Assembly: GCA_040006935.1 (NCBI GenBank)
Contig: JBDTVZ010000001.1
Location: 103,772-167,771 of the forward strand
DNA: 64,000 nt
Origin: Candidatus Dojkabacteria bacterium
Lineage (GTDB): Bacteria > Patescibacteriota > Dojkabacteria > J137
Direction of reading: 5' to 3'
Positions 7,948 to 17,245 of the stretch are shown here, one piece after another. Both the position numbers and the translations under genes were made by a program. Below the pieces are notes generated by a model that was given only the letters and a program-made list of their open reading frames with translations, had not been told where the DNA came from and searched no databases. The stretch's first letter is position 1, and every line of letters starts with the position of its first letter.

Positions 7948-9945
7948 ATGGGTAAATCCAATATTTTAGCCAACGGTCAACTTCTAGTAGGATTAGATCA
8001 ATTTGCACAAGTAGACGACTTATATTTCCCATATATTGGGCTAGAAAATCACGCTTCGGCAACCTTTACGCATAAAATTGGGTTAATGGTAGATAATCAA
8101 TTCACATGGTTAGATGATGGTAAATGGGAATTTTGTTTTAATTGTGAATTATTAGATAAACGAAAACTAATCACAGCCATTAATACAGAATTAGGAATCC
8201 AATTAAAGTTTAATGATGAGGTTTACAATGAAAAGAATATTTTTCTTAGAGGTATTCAAGTTTCGAACTTAGCACCTAGAAAAAGAACAATAAAAATATA
8301 CTTCAATCAACAATTTGAAATATACGAATCTCATAGAGGAGATACTGCATATTATGATCCTACAAAAAAAGTAATTATTCATTACAAAGGAAGAAGATTA
8401 TTTCTAGTTAACGCAAGAATTAGAGAAGATGATACGTATTTTGATGATTATTCTGTAGATATAATGGATCCAGTTAATAATACAGGTAGTTTTAAAGAAG
8501 CGGAAAATGGTAAATTAACTAAAAGAGCTATTGAGTATGGACTTGTAGATTCAACTATTGGATTAACTATAAATATCGAAGCCAATAGAATTAAAACAAT
8601 TGATTATTGGCTTACAGTTTCCAAAACGATGGATGAACTTAAAGAGCTTAATGAATATGTAATAAGAAAAACTGTTGAATACTTGTTAGGATCTGCTAGA
8701 GATTATTGGAAGGCTTGGACAAATAAAATTGAACGAGACTATCGAGATCTTACTCCTGATGAGATTTGGCTTTATGAGAGATCATTAGAAATAATGAGAT
8801 TAAATACAGACTCAACTGGAGCGATCATTGCATCAGTTGATGCTGATTTACTGAAATATGGTAGGGATACATATAGTTATGTTTGGCCTAGAGATGCCGC
8901 AATGGTAATAATGGCTTTTGCAAAGTCTGGATATGATGATCAACTGAGAAAGGTCTTCGAATTTTTTAAAAATATAATTTCAGAAGAGGGTTATTTCATG
9001 CAAAAGTATAGAGCAGATGGTTCACTTGGAAGCTCTTGGCACCCTTGGGTTTATAATGGACAAAAAGAATATCCAATACAGTTAGATGAAACAGCTTTGA
9101 TAGTATACGCCCTTTGGGAGGCATTTAATAATGAGAAAGATGTTGAGTTTCTAGAAAGTATTTATAATGATTTAGTTGTAAAAGCAATAGATTTCATTAT
9201 TACAAGAATTGACCCAGAAACTGGAGTGGTCAAACCAAGTTATGATTTATGGGAAGAAGTATTTGCGACTTCTACTTTTGCGAGTTGTACAGTATATGGG
9301 GCATTAGTTGCTGCAAGTGAATTGGCAAAATTTTTAGGGAAGGAACATAAGACAATTGACTATGCAAACTATGCTGAAAAAGTTAAGCAAGGGATTTTAA
9401 AATATCATTATAATGAAAAAGATAAAGCATTCTATAAATATGTTACCTTTTTAGAAGAAGAGGGTAGAAGTACCTTGAAACCAAGTGAAGTGGTGGATTC
9501 CGCAAGTTTTTATGCTCTCCACAGATTTGGAGTCATAGATATAAATGATGAAAGAATGATACACATGAAAAACGCAATGCATAAGAAATTACAAAATATC
9601 TCCGGAATTGGTGGCTATCCTCGTTACGAAAATGATATTTATTTCAAGAATGAAGATACTGGAAATGGAAATCCTTGGGTACTAACAACACTTTGGATGG
9701 GACAAGCAGAAATTAAGCTTGCAAAAAATTTAGACGAACTTAAACAAACTAAAATGTATTTAAACTGGGCTTTCAATCATGCTTCACAGGGCGGGATGCT
9801 TTCTGAGCAGCTAAATGCAAACACTGGAGAACAACTTTCTGCCACACCTTTAACTTGGAGCCATGCTGAATATGTAGTAACTGTTGTGGAATATTTACGG
9901 AAATATGAAGAGTTATCTAAACAAACTTCTCCCCAAAGCCTTTAA
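7948..9945 (+). CDS. glycoside hydrolase family 15 (glucoamylase/glucodextranase-like)
   Basis: 665 aa. YVWPRDAAMV and SYDLWEEVF (DLWEE catalytic motif) are characteristic of the GH15 (alpha/alpha)6 barrel. Confidence 0.75.
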   Translation: MGKSNILANGQLLVGLDQFAQVDDLYFPYIGLENHASATFTHKIGLMVDNQFTWLDDGKWEFCFNCELLDKRKLITAINTELGIQLKFNDEVYNEKNIFLRGIQVSNLAPRKRTIKIYFNQQFEIYESHRGDTAYYDPTKKVIIHYKGRRLFLVNARIREDDTYFDDYSVDIMDPVNNTGSFKEAENGKLTKRAIEYGLVDSTIGLTINIEANRIKTIDYWLTVSKTMDELKELNEYVIRKTVEYLLGSARDYWKAWTNKIERDYRDLTPDEIWLYERSLEIMRLNTDSTGAIIASVDADLLKYGRDTYSYVWPRDAAMVIMAFAKSGYDDQLRKVFEFFKNIISEEGYFMQKYRADGSLGSSWHPWVYNGQKEYPIQLDETALIVYALWEAFNNEKDVEFLESIYNDLVVKAIDFIITRIDPETGVVKPSYDLWEEVFATSTFASCTVYGALVAASELAKFLGKEHKTIDYANYAEKVKQGILKYHYNEKDKAFYKYVTFLEEEGRSTLKPSEVVDSASFYALHRFGVIDINDERMIHMKNAMHKKLQNISGIGGYPRYENDIYFKNEDTGNGNPWVLTTLWMGQAEIKLAKNLDELKQTKMYLNWAFNHASQGGMLSEQLNANTGEQLSATPLTWSHAEYVVTVVEYLRKYEELSKQTSPQSL

Positions 9946-10011
9946 TGGGCTCACGGCCGAAATAAACTCATTCATGGTATAATTACCCTTGGCTATCTTT
10001 TATAAAACTTT

Positions 10012-11154
10012 ATGAAAGACCAAACAAATATAGTATATCTTTTCCATATCTATCAGCCACCGTGGCAAACCAAAGAGGTTTTAGAGGAAAACTACAACAA
10101 ATTTTATCTTCCCTTATTAGAAGTATTAGAATCTAGGCCGAATTATAAGGTTACATTGAATATTTCGGCTTCCCTAACTGAGCAATTGGCTAGAGAAGGT
10201 AAACAAGAGTTCTTTGATAGAGTAAGAGTTCTAGTTAAGAAAGGTCAGATTGAACTAACTGGTAGTGCTGCATATCATCCAATTCTTCCATTAATTCCAG
10301 AGAAAGAAGCAATAAGACAAATTAACTTAAATGATGAGATTAACTCAAAATATTTTAAGGAAGAATGGACACTAGCAAAAACTCGTGGGTTCTTTTTACC
10401 TGAACTTGCATATTCAACAAAAGTTTCAAAAATTATAAAAGGCTTAGGTTTTGATTGGCTTTCTGTGGATCAAACTACTGTGGCTGAGCAAGTTAATTGG
10501 AGTAAACAATATTCAGATAAAAGCTCTGGAATTAAATTACTAATTAATAACCGAGTGTTCTATACTCCCGATGTAAAGAAATTCTCCCAGAATAAATACA
10601 ATGTAATAATTAGTGATGGTGAAAATCAAATAAATAAAGATAAACAAGACATAGATTGGAGTTTATATCTAAGTCAAAGTGATCCTGGTTTGGAATCTAG
10701 ATACTTAACTGTGAGTGAATATTTAAAGGAAGTCGAAAATGAACAAGATATAATTCCTACAGAAAATAGTAATTGGCAAATTAAAGAGGAAGAAAAGAAA
10801 GTTGGTAGTTATTACCATCTTTGGAAAAATGATAATGAACCTATACACAAATTACTCTGGGAGTTTTTATTTGATGTAATGAAAGTTGTGGAACAAAATA
10901 ACTCTGACGATAATTTTAATTTTGCTAGAACAGAACTAGATAAAGGACTCGCTAGTTGTACTTGGTGGTGGGTAGATGGAAGAATATATGGATATAATCC
11001 TACGGCAGTAGTAAAAGGACTCGATATTATTGTGAATGCAATGCGAACCTTGAAAGATATTAACCTTGAAACGAGAATTAGAATTGAGAGATCTTACTCA
11101 GAAATAGTTTTTGAAGTATGGAAAAGGCATTGGACAAATTTTAATAAAAACTAA
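10012..11154 (+). CDS. glycoside hydrolase family 57-like protein
   Basis: 380 aa. N-terminal LFHIYQPPWQ matches the GH57 HxHQP motif. Confidence 0.55.
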   Translation: MKDQTNIVYLFHIYQPPWQTKEVLEENYNKFYLPLLEVLESRPNYKVTLNISASLTEQLAREGKQEFFDRVRVLVKKGQIELTGSAAYHPILPLIPEKEAIRQINLNDEINSKYFKEEWTLAKTRGFFLPELAYSTKVSKIIKGLGFDWLSVDQTTVAEQVNWSKQYSDKSSGIKLLINNRVFYTPDVKKFSQNKYNVIISDGENQINKDKQDIDWSLYLSQSDPGLESRYLTVSEYLKEVENEQDIIPTENSNWQIKEEEKKVGSYYHLWKNDNEPIHKLLWEFLFDVMKVVEQNNSDDNFNFARTELDKGLASCTWWWVDGRIYGYNPTAVVKGLDIIVNAMRTLKDINLETRIRIERSYSEIVFEVWKRHWTNFNKN

Positions 11155-11156
11155 AT

Positions 11157-12290
11157 ATGAAAATTGCAATTATAAGTTCGAATACTTTACCCACACCACC
11201 TGCTGGAGTTGAAATTCCGGATGGATGGACCACATCTATTCATAATCTAATTTCCGAAATAACAGAGGGATTGGTTAATAAAGGCCACGATGTAACTTTG
11301 TATGCTAGTGGTGATTCTAAAACAAGTGCTAAATTAAAAAGTGTTTGGGATGTATCTTCAAGTGAACTTGAAAAAATAGAGAATCAGTTTGGATACTATT
11401 GTTACGATCACATACTTACTTCCTACTGTTTTGAAGATTTAAAAAAAGAAAAATACGACATTATTTACACTTACCACACTTTTGATAGTGGAATATATGG
11501 GAATTTAATAGAGGCTCCAATAGTCTCAACATTCCATGGCTCAGCCCGTGATGATTACTTAAAAATATGGGGAACTAAAATAATTAGCCCTAATATTTAT
11601 ATCGGGATTTCAGATTTCCAAATTAACTCTATACCTTATCTACATTTTTACGATCGAATTTATCATGGCATTGATGGGGATTTTTTTAAGTATCAGTCCC
11701 ATGTAAATGACAATTTAGTAACCGTGGGACGAATTTCCACAGATAAAGGAACAGATATTTCTATTGATATAGCTAATGAATTAAATAAACAATTAGATAT
11801 ATTTGGCACAACTAATTACAAACCTTTGATGGATGAATTGTTGGAGAAATCTAAAGATCATAAGATTAACTTTCATGGGCAAAAGGAACAGAATATTATA
11901 AAACACACCGTGTCTAATTCCAAAGCCTTTATATTCCCTATCAGGTGGGATGAACCTTTTGGATTAGTCTTAATCGAAAGTCTTGCCTGTGGAACCCCCA
12001 TTATTGCTTTTGCAAATGGCTCTCTTCCGGAAATTGTAGAAGATGGAAAGACAGGTTTTTTAGTAAATTCTGATGAAAGTAATATTAGAGGGGATTGGAT
12101 AACAAAGAAGACAGGGAGGGAGGGGTTGCTCGAAGCGGTGAATAAGTTATATTCTTTGCCCATGGAAGAATATTTACAGATGAGAAAGAATTGCAGAGAA
12201 AGTTTTGAACAAAGATTTACAAAAGAAATAATGATTAACAACTACGAAAAACTTTTCCAGAAGATTATTAGTGAAAAAATAGAAAAATGA
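11157..12290 (+). CDS. glycosyltransferase family 4 (GT-B, group 1)
   Basis: 377 aa. EPFGLVLIESLACGTPIIAFANGSLPEIVEDGKTGFLV is the EX7E motif region. Confidence 0.8.
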   Translation: MKIAIISSNTLPTPPAGVEIPDGWTTSIHNLISEITEGLVNKGHDVTLYASGDSKTSAKLKSVWDVSSSELEKIENQFGYYCYDHILTSYCFEDLKKEKYDIIYTYHTFDSGIYGNLIEAPIVSTFHGSARDDYLKIWGTKIISPNIYIGISDFQINSIPYLHFYDRIYHGIDGDFFKYQSHVNDNLVTVGRISTDKGTDISIDIANELNKQLDIFGTTNYKPLMDELLEKSKDHKINFHGQKEQNIIKHTVSNSKAFIFPIRWDEPFGLVLIESLACGTPIIAFANGSLPEIVEDGKTGFLVNSDESNIRGDWITKKTGREGLLEAVNKLYSLPMEEYLQMRKNCRESFEQRFTKEIMINNYEKLFQKIISEKIEK

Positions 12291-13009
12291 AAATATCAGT
12301 AATAACCTCAACTTACAATCGAAAGGATTTTTTAATCGAATGTATTTCAAGTGTGCAAAAGACAATATTATTACCTTTACGAAACGAAGTCCAATTTGAA
12401 CATATCATTTACGATGATGGTTCGACGGATGGTACTGAGAAAATATTTGAGAACCATAATTACATTAATCTAAAATTTATAAGAAATACAGACAATCATG
12501 GGCAGGCATATGGAAGAAATAGAGCAGTAGAAGCAGCTACAGGAGAATACCTTTTTGTATTAGATAGCGATGATATTTTACTCCAAAGAACACTATTTAA
12601 TTTTGCGGATATAGCAAGAAAGAACCCTGATACACTTTGGTTTGTTTCTGATTTTTTAAGAGTAGATGATCAACTTAGATATTTACCTGGACAGGACTAC
12701 TTTGGTTGGAATTTTAAGAACGTGGAGGAAATTTTAAATGCAATCTTCAAAGGAGAACATTATATACAGCATAATGTATTTTTTAAAAAAGAATTATTTT
12801 TAAAATCTGGTGGATATGATGAAAAGATGCATATGGCAGAAGATTTAGATGTATTTGTTAAATTTCTATTAAATAAATCATTCCCTATATATACTAATTT
12901 CCTCTCGCATCTGCATAGAACTCACTTAAGTAATTTATCAAAAGATATGAATTTAGAGGTACATAAAAAAGACGCACAAGTTTTATTCGAAAAATATAAA
13001 AATAGATAA
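12287..13009 (+). CDS. glycosyltransferase family 2
   Basis: 240 aa. ISVITSTYNR...DDGSTDGT...VLDSDD are GT-A DxD features. Confidence 0.75.
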   Translation: MKISVITSTYNRKDFLIECISSVQKTILLPLRNEVQFEHIIYDDGSTDGTEKIFENHNYINLKFIRNTDNHGQAYGRNRAVEAATGEYLFVLDSDDILLQRTLFNFADIARKNPDTLWFVSDFLRVDDQLRYLPGQDYFGWNFKNVEEILNAIFKGEHYIQHNVFFKKELFLKSGGYDEKMHMAEDLDVFVKFLLNKSFPIYTNFLSHLHRTHLSNLSKDMNLEVHKKDAQVLFEKYKNR

Positions 13010-13010
13010 T

Positions 13011-14531
13011 ATGATAGAAAAAGATTTGAAAATATTACAGGTTGTTGGTGAAATTTATCCGTATTCTAAAACTGGTGGACTTGGTCATGTGACTGCAGAT
13101 ATTACATATAACCTTGCAGACTCAAATAATGACGTGACAGTATTCACCCCACTTTACGGAAGTGTTTGGAAAATGATTAAGAAGAAAAATGTAGAAACAG
13201 TGCTTACAGATATTCCCATTTACATTGACTCTACTACTACAATAACTTGTTCCTGTCTAAAATATGTTAAACACAATGGAAGTAGAAAGCCTATAACCTT
13301 CTACTTTATTAATCATTACGATTTTTTTGGAAGGTATTCCAGAAACTTATATTCAAGTCCAGACATGCATAAAAGGCTTTATTTCTTTAGTAAAGCTGTT
13401 GTTGTAATAATAAAAGAACTGGGATTAAATTTTGACATAGTCCATATACACGATTGGATGGTAGGTCTATTTCCAAAACTACTAAAAGAAGATTTTAACT
13501 TTAGTAGTCATAAATCACCAAAGGTCATTCTAACTATCCATAATCTAGCTTTTCAAGGCTCTGGTTTCTTGAACTTACATAGGTTTGAGAAAAAATTTCA
13601 AAGACCACCCGCACAAATTCTTCCACCATATAGTAATGATGAAAAATGGGAGAAAGTAAATTTTTTAAAGCAAGGTATAAAACATGCAGATATGATCACC
13701 ACTGTAAGTTCAACCTATGCAAATGAAATTGCAACTCCAGAATACGGAGAAGGATTGTCTAGTTTTCTATCGAAATATGGACCAATCTATGGAATTATTA
13801 ACGGAATTGATTACAAAGCATTTAATCCTGCTACAAGTAAGAATGTTCCTGAGAACTTTAATACACTAAACTTTACGGATAAGAAAAGGAAAAATAAATT
13901 ATATCTTATTAAAATGTTAAAACTACCAAAACATTTTATTAATTACCCTTTTATAATAACAACTCATAGAATAACTTATCAGAAAGGCTATGATCTGATT
14001 TTAAAAATATTCAGAACCTTGATGAAAATGAATATTGTATTTGTAGTATTAGGAGATGGAGATAAAAGATATGTAGATAAATTTCACGAACTAAATAAAA
14101 GCTACAAGAATTTTGTTTTCATAACTCCGTATTCAGATATTACAGAAGAGAAATTACTCGCGGGATCAGATATTCTTCTTTGTCCTTCAATTTACGAACC
14201 TTGTGGAACAGCACATATGAAAGGAATGAGGTATGGTGTTGTTCCAGTAGCAAGAAAAACTGGTGGCCTTGCAGATACTATTTCAAACTTTGATGAGAAG
14301 AAAAACTCAGGAACTGGATTTCTATTCTTATCGTATGATAAGAAATACTTTCTCAATAGCATTAAAAGAGCAATTAGAATTCATACAGAAAATAAAAAGG
14401 TATGGAAAGAAATAGTATTAAGATGTATGAACCAATCATTTACATGGGAGAAGAGTATAGAAGAATATATATTTCTATATCGAAAGCTCTTAAAAAAAAG
14501 TAAGAAGACAAAACTACTTAAGTCTAGATAG
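13011..14531 (+). CDS. glgA: glycogen/starch synthase-like glycosyltransferase (GT5, GlgA-like)
   Basis: 506 aa. N-terminal EIYPYSKTGGLGHV corresponds to the GlgA KTGGLGDV ADP-glucose-binding motif. GT-B C-terminal half is present. Confidence 0.75.
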   Translation: MIEKDLKILQVVGEIYPYSKTGGLGHVTADITYNLADSNNDVTVFTPLYGSVWKMIKKKNVETVLTDIPIYIDSTTTITCSCLKYVKHNGSRKPITFYFINHYDFFGRYSRNLYSSPDMHKRLYFFSKAVVVIIKELGLNFDIVHIHDWMVGLFPKLLKEDFNFSSHKSPKVILTIHNLAFQGSGFLNLHRFEKKFQRPPAQILPPYSNDEKWEKVNFLKQGIKHADMITTVSSTYANEIATPEYGEGLSSFLSKYGPIYGIINGIDYKAFNPATSKNVPENFNTLNFTDKKRKNKLYLIKMLKLPKHFINYPFIITTHRITYQKGYDLILKIFRTLMKMNIVFVVLGDGDKRYVDKFHELNKSYKNFVFITPYSDITEEKLLAGSDILLCPSIYEPCGTAHMKGMRYGVVPVARKTGGLADTISNFDEKKNSGTGFLFLSYDKKYFLNSIKRAIRIHTENKKVWKEIVLRCMNQSFTWEKSIEEYIFLYRKLLKKSKKTKLLKSR

Positions 14532-14957
14532 TATCTCATCAAGTTTCTTTTCCTGAGATTCTAAATGCATAAGCACAACTTCGATTTCTCTTTCAGCTCG
14601 TTTATTAACAACATAGTCACCTTCAGCTGTTGCTTCGTAATGCCTTCCTTGTAAATTTTGTCCTATCATAATAATGGGCATTAAGAATATTTGAATCATA
14701 TTAGAAATAAACAACCAGAAAGCAAAAGCAGGGAAAGGATCAAACCTTAATTCTTTTGGACCTAGAGTATTCCAAGCAAGCCAAGTCGATGTCCAAATAA
14801 AAATAATTATAAAAAATCCCATTGTACCTACATGTTTAGTTATAAATAAAGCTGCCTTATCTAGTGGAGAAAGCTCTAAATGAACCTTATGGTGAGTATT
14901 TATAATTGGCTCACGTAATTTCTTTAAGTCTTCTAATTTTGGAATTTCCATTTTCAT
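14514..14957 (-). CDS. DUF1003 family membrane protein
   Basis: 147 aa with two transmembrane helices, FDPFPAFAFWLFISNMIQIFLMPIIMIGQN.Q and an acidic C-terminal tail, which is the DUF1003 pattern. Confidence 0.5.
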   Translation of the reverse strand: MKMEIPKLEDLKKLREPIINTHHKVHLELSPLDKAALFITKHVGTMGFFIIIFIWTSTWLAWNTLGPKELRFDPFPAFAFWLFISNMIQIFLMPIIMIGQNLQGRHYEATAEGDYVVNKRAEREIEVVLMHLESQEKKLDEILSRLK

Positions 14958-15074
14958 AATATAATGAGTAATTATTATATTCTATAATATACAATTCAAA
15001 GACACAAGGCAATTGACATTCATTTACTAACAATGTAATCTGTATATTGAATTAATTCCCAATTTAAAATACAT

Positions 15075-15479
15075 ATGTTGACTATAAAAAAAAGTTTACT
15101 TAATAAAATGCTTTTTATTGTAATTGTACTTTTTAGTGCAATTGCTTTTATATTTCTAATTTCTAACCCACCAAGTAAAACATCAAGTGGCTATAGTGAA
15201 ATTGAATCGGATGGGAAACAATTAATTCGTATGACCGCCAAAGCTGGTTTTAGCCCTTCTATGGTAATAGCACAGGCAGAGAAACCAACCACTTTAAGAA
15301 TCTCCACAAAAAATACTTTTGATTGTTCATCAACAGTATCAATTCCAGCTCTTGGAGTAAATAGATCACTACCCTTTACTGGAGAGACTGATATAGAAAT
15401 TCCTCCACAAGTTATTGGAACAACTTTAACTGGTACATGCTCAATGGGGATGTACTCTTTCAAAATAAGTTTTACATAA
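15075..15479 (+). CDS. signal-anchored hypothetical protein (cupredoxin-like fold possible)
   Basis: 134 aa. N-terminal transmembrane segment and a beta-rich domain with a C..M.GM motif near the C-terminus. Confidence 0.3.
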   Translation: MLTIKKSLLNKMLFIVIVLFSAIAFIFLISNPPSKTSSGYSEIESDGKQLIRMTAKAGFSPSMVIAQAEKPTTLRISTKNTFDCSSTVSIPALGVNRSLPFTGETDIEIPPQVIGTTLTGTCSMGMYSFKISFT

Positions 15480-15534
15480 TATAACTCAATAAAAGGACCG
15501 CACATACCTTGGCGTAATTTCGGTACGGTATTAA

Positions 15535-15561
15535 CTCCCCTAACTCCTCTTAAAAGAGGGG
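15535..15561. repeat. family B repeat, minus orientation (CCCCTCTTTTAAGAGGAGTTAGGGGAG)
   Basis: Hairpin CCTCTT-AAAA-GAGGGG followed by a G-rich motif, in the intergenic region after ORF 15075-15479. Confidence 0.5.
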
Positions 15562-15780
15562 AAAGAATAATAATACGAACTTTTTTCTTTCTTATTCATT
15601 TTTGCTCAAAATAATTACTCTGCTTTCTAAGTTACTATATCCATGGTATTCAAACCTGCTGCCATTTTCTAACGTAATGGAAGTATCCTATAAAAGTTCT
15701 GTTATCAATTTTAGACATTTTATAGTGTACTCACAAAAAGTTTGTGATACGATGAGATAATTATATATTAGTAGCAATCT

Positions 15781-17172
15781 ATGAGAAGTAAATTTCCACT
15801 CGTGCTTTTCACCATCTTGGTGTTAGTTTTAGGTGTCAGTTTCACAGTTACTTACTATTACCTTAACCGTAATAAGGCAGCACCAGTGCAGAATGTGCTG
15901 GGAACAGCTACACAGTCTGAGCTGTCAATAAAGACCGACATAGATTATATCCATGCAAAATCGGACGGATCCTGTGAGATTAAGTATTCTTATACAGTAA
16001 GCAATACTAGTAAGAAGAATTCCGTGAAAAATTTGAAAACTCAAAGTGATTTACAAAAGACTTTTGGCTCTGATAACTTTGATGTTGTGTCAGTAGATTC
16101 AAAAGATACTAAATTAACAGTAAATAAAAATTTCAATGGAAAGTCTAACAAGGAACTTCTTATTGATGGAAATGATGTAAAGGTAGGAGAGAAGAAAGTA
16201 GTAAGTTTGATTGTAAAATTTAGACCAAATCGAAATAAAGGACCTTTCCAAAATAAGACAGTTATTCAAGGAGATATTGATACCCCTATCACTATAAATA
16301 ATAACAGTACAACTACAGGGTCAAATAATAATGGCAGCGGAGAAGATTCTAATTTACCTCCTAAAACACCTGTCACTACACCTACACCAGCACCCACTCC
16401 TGACACAATTACAACTCCCACCCCAGTACCACCTGCAAGTCCTTCTGATGAAACCAACGCAGACACTACTACCGTAGTAGATGTAACGCCAACTAAGGAT
16501 GAAACTTCCACAAATACTACATCTACAGTAGTTGGTGAAACCTCAACTGTAGTAGCAGCAAGTGAAATATCATTTACACTTCCTGATGACTTGCCAACTG
16601 TGGATGCAACACAAATAACAGACGTTAATGCACCTGAGAAAGATTTAACAGCAAGCGCTGGAATAAGTTTAAATGCAACTTCAGTTAGTGTTTCAGGCTT
16701 ACCCAATACTTCTGGAGTATCTTTTCATACTGGAATGATTGTCAAAGCAGAGGAATGGATAAAGGATAATATTTTAATGTTAAATAGAAACAAAATAATA
16801 ATTGACAAAATCGGTGTGAATGGGCCTATCGATGAAGGAACTACTGAAGCAACTTTAAGTGAAGGCTTTTGGAGAATGCCACAATCCTCTAATCCAGAAG
16901 AGGGTGGCAATACTGTAATCGCAGGACACAGATTCACATATAATTACGGACCTTTAACTTTCTATAATCTTAATCAATTAAGTGCTGGGGATGAAATAAG
17001 AACTATTTGGAACGGGAAAGTTTATAATTACAAAGTAACAAGTTTGAAAATTGTAGACGTAGAAGACCTTGGACCTTTAGAGCCAACAGATAAATCAACA
17101 CTTACTCTTATAACTTGCACATCTTTAACAGATAGTTCTGAGAGATTAGTTGTAAGAGCCACATTAGAATAA
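15781..17172 (+). CDS. membrane-anchored protein with an N-terminal Ig-like domain, a Thr/Pro-rich linker and a C-terminal sortase catalytic domain
   Basis: 463 aa. C-terminal IAGHRF...TLTLITC (sortase His and TLxTC Cys motifs). N-terminal transmembrane segment. A TPTPAPTP linker is present. Confidence 0.75.
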   Translation: MRSKFPLVLFTILVLVLGVSFTVTYYYLNRNKAAPVQNVLGTATQSELSIKTDIDYIHAKSDGSCEIKYSYTVSNTSKKNSVKNLKTQSDLQKTFGSDNFDVVSVDSKDTKLTVNKNFNGKSNKELLIDGNDVKVGEKKVVSLIVKFRPNRNKGPFQNKTVIQGDIDTPITINNNSTTTGSNNNGSGEDSNLPPKTPVTTPTPAPTPDTITTPTPVPPASPSDETNADTTTVVDVTPTKDETSTNTTSTVVGETSTVVAASEISFTLPDDLPTVDATQITDVNAPEKDLTASAGISLNATSVSVSGLPNTSGVSFHTGMIVKAEEWIKDNILMLNRNKIIIDKIGVNGPIDEGTTEATLSEGFWRMPQSSNPEEGGNTVIAGHRFTYNYGPLTFYNLNQLSAGDEIRTIWNGKVYNYKVTSLKIVDVEDLGPLEPTDKSTLTLITCTSLTDSSERLVVRATLE

Positions 17173-17245
17173 ACCAGTAGGGGAAAGACATGTCTTTTCC
17201 CTACTTCTACTACTACAAAATTGATGTTTACAGCTGACGTAGTTT

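Noticed and set aside
11873-12365. Minus-strand ORFs 11873-12241 and 12174-12365 inside the GT4/GT2 genes
   Set aside because: Antisense to confidently assigned glycosyltransferase genes.
16266-16937. Minus-strand ORFs 16266-16706 and 16725-16937 inside the first sortase-domain gene, and 17698-17937 inside the second
   Set aside because: They lie antisense to the low-complexity Thr/Pro/Gly linker regions. Such open frames are an expected artefact on the opposite strand of a repetitive linker.
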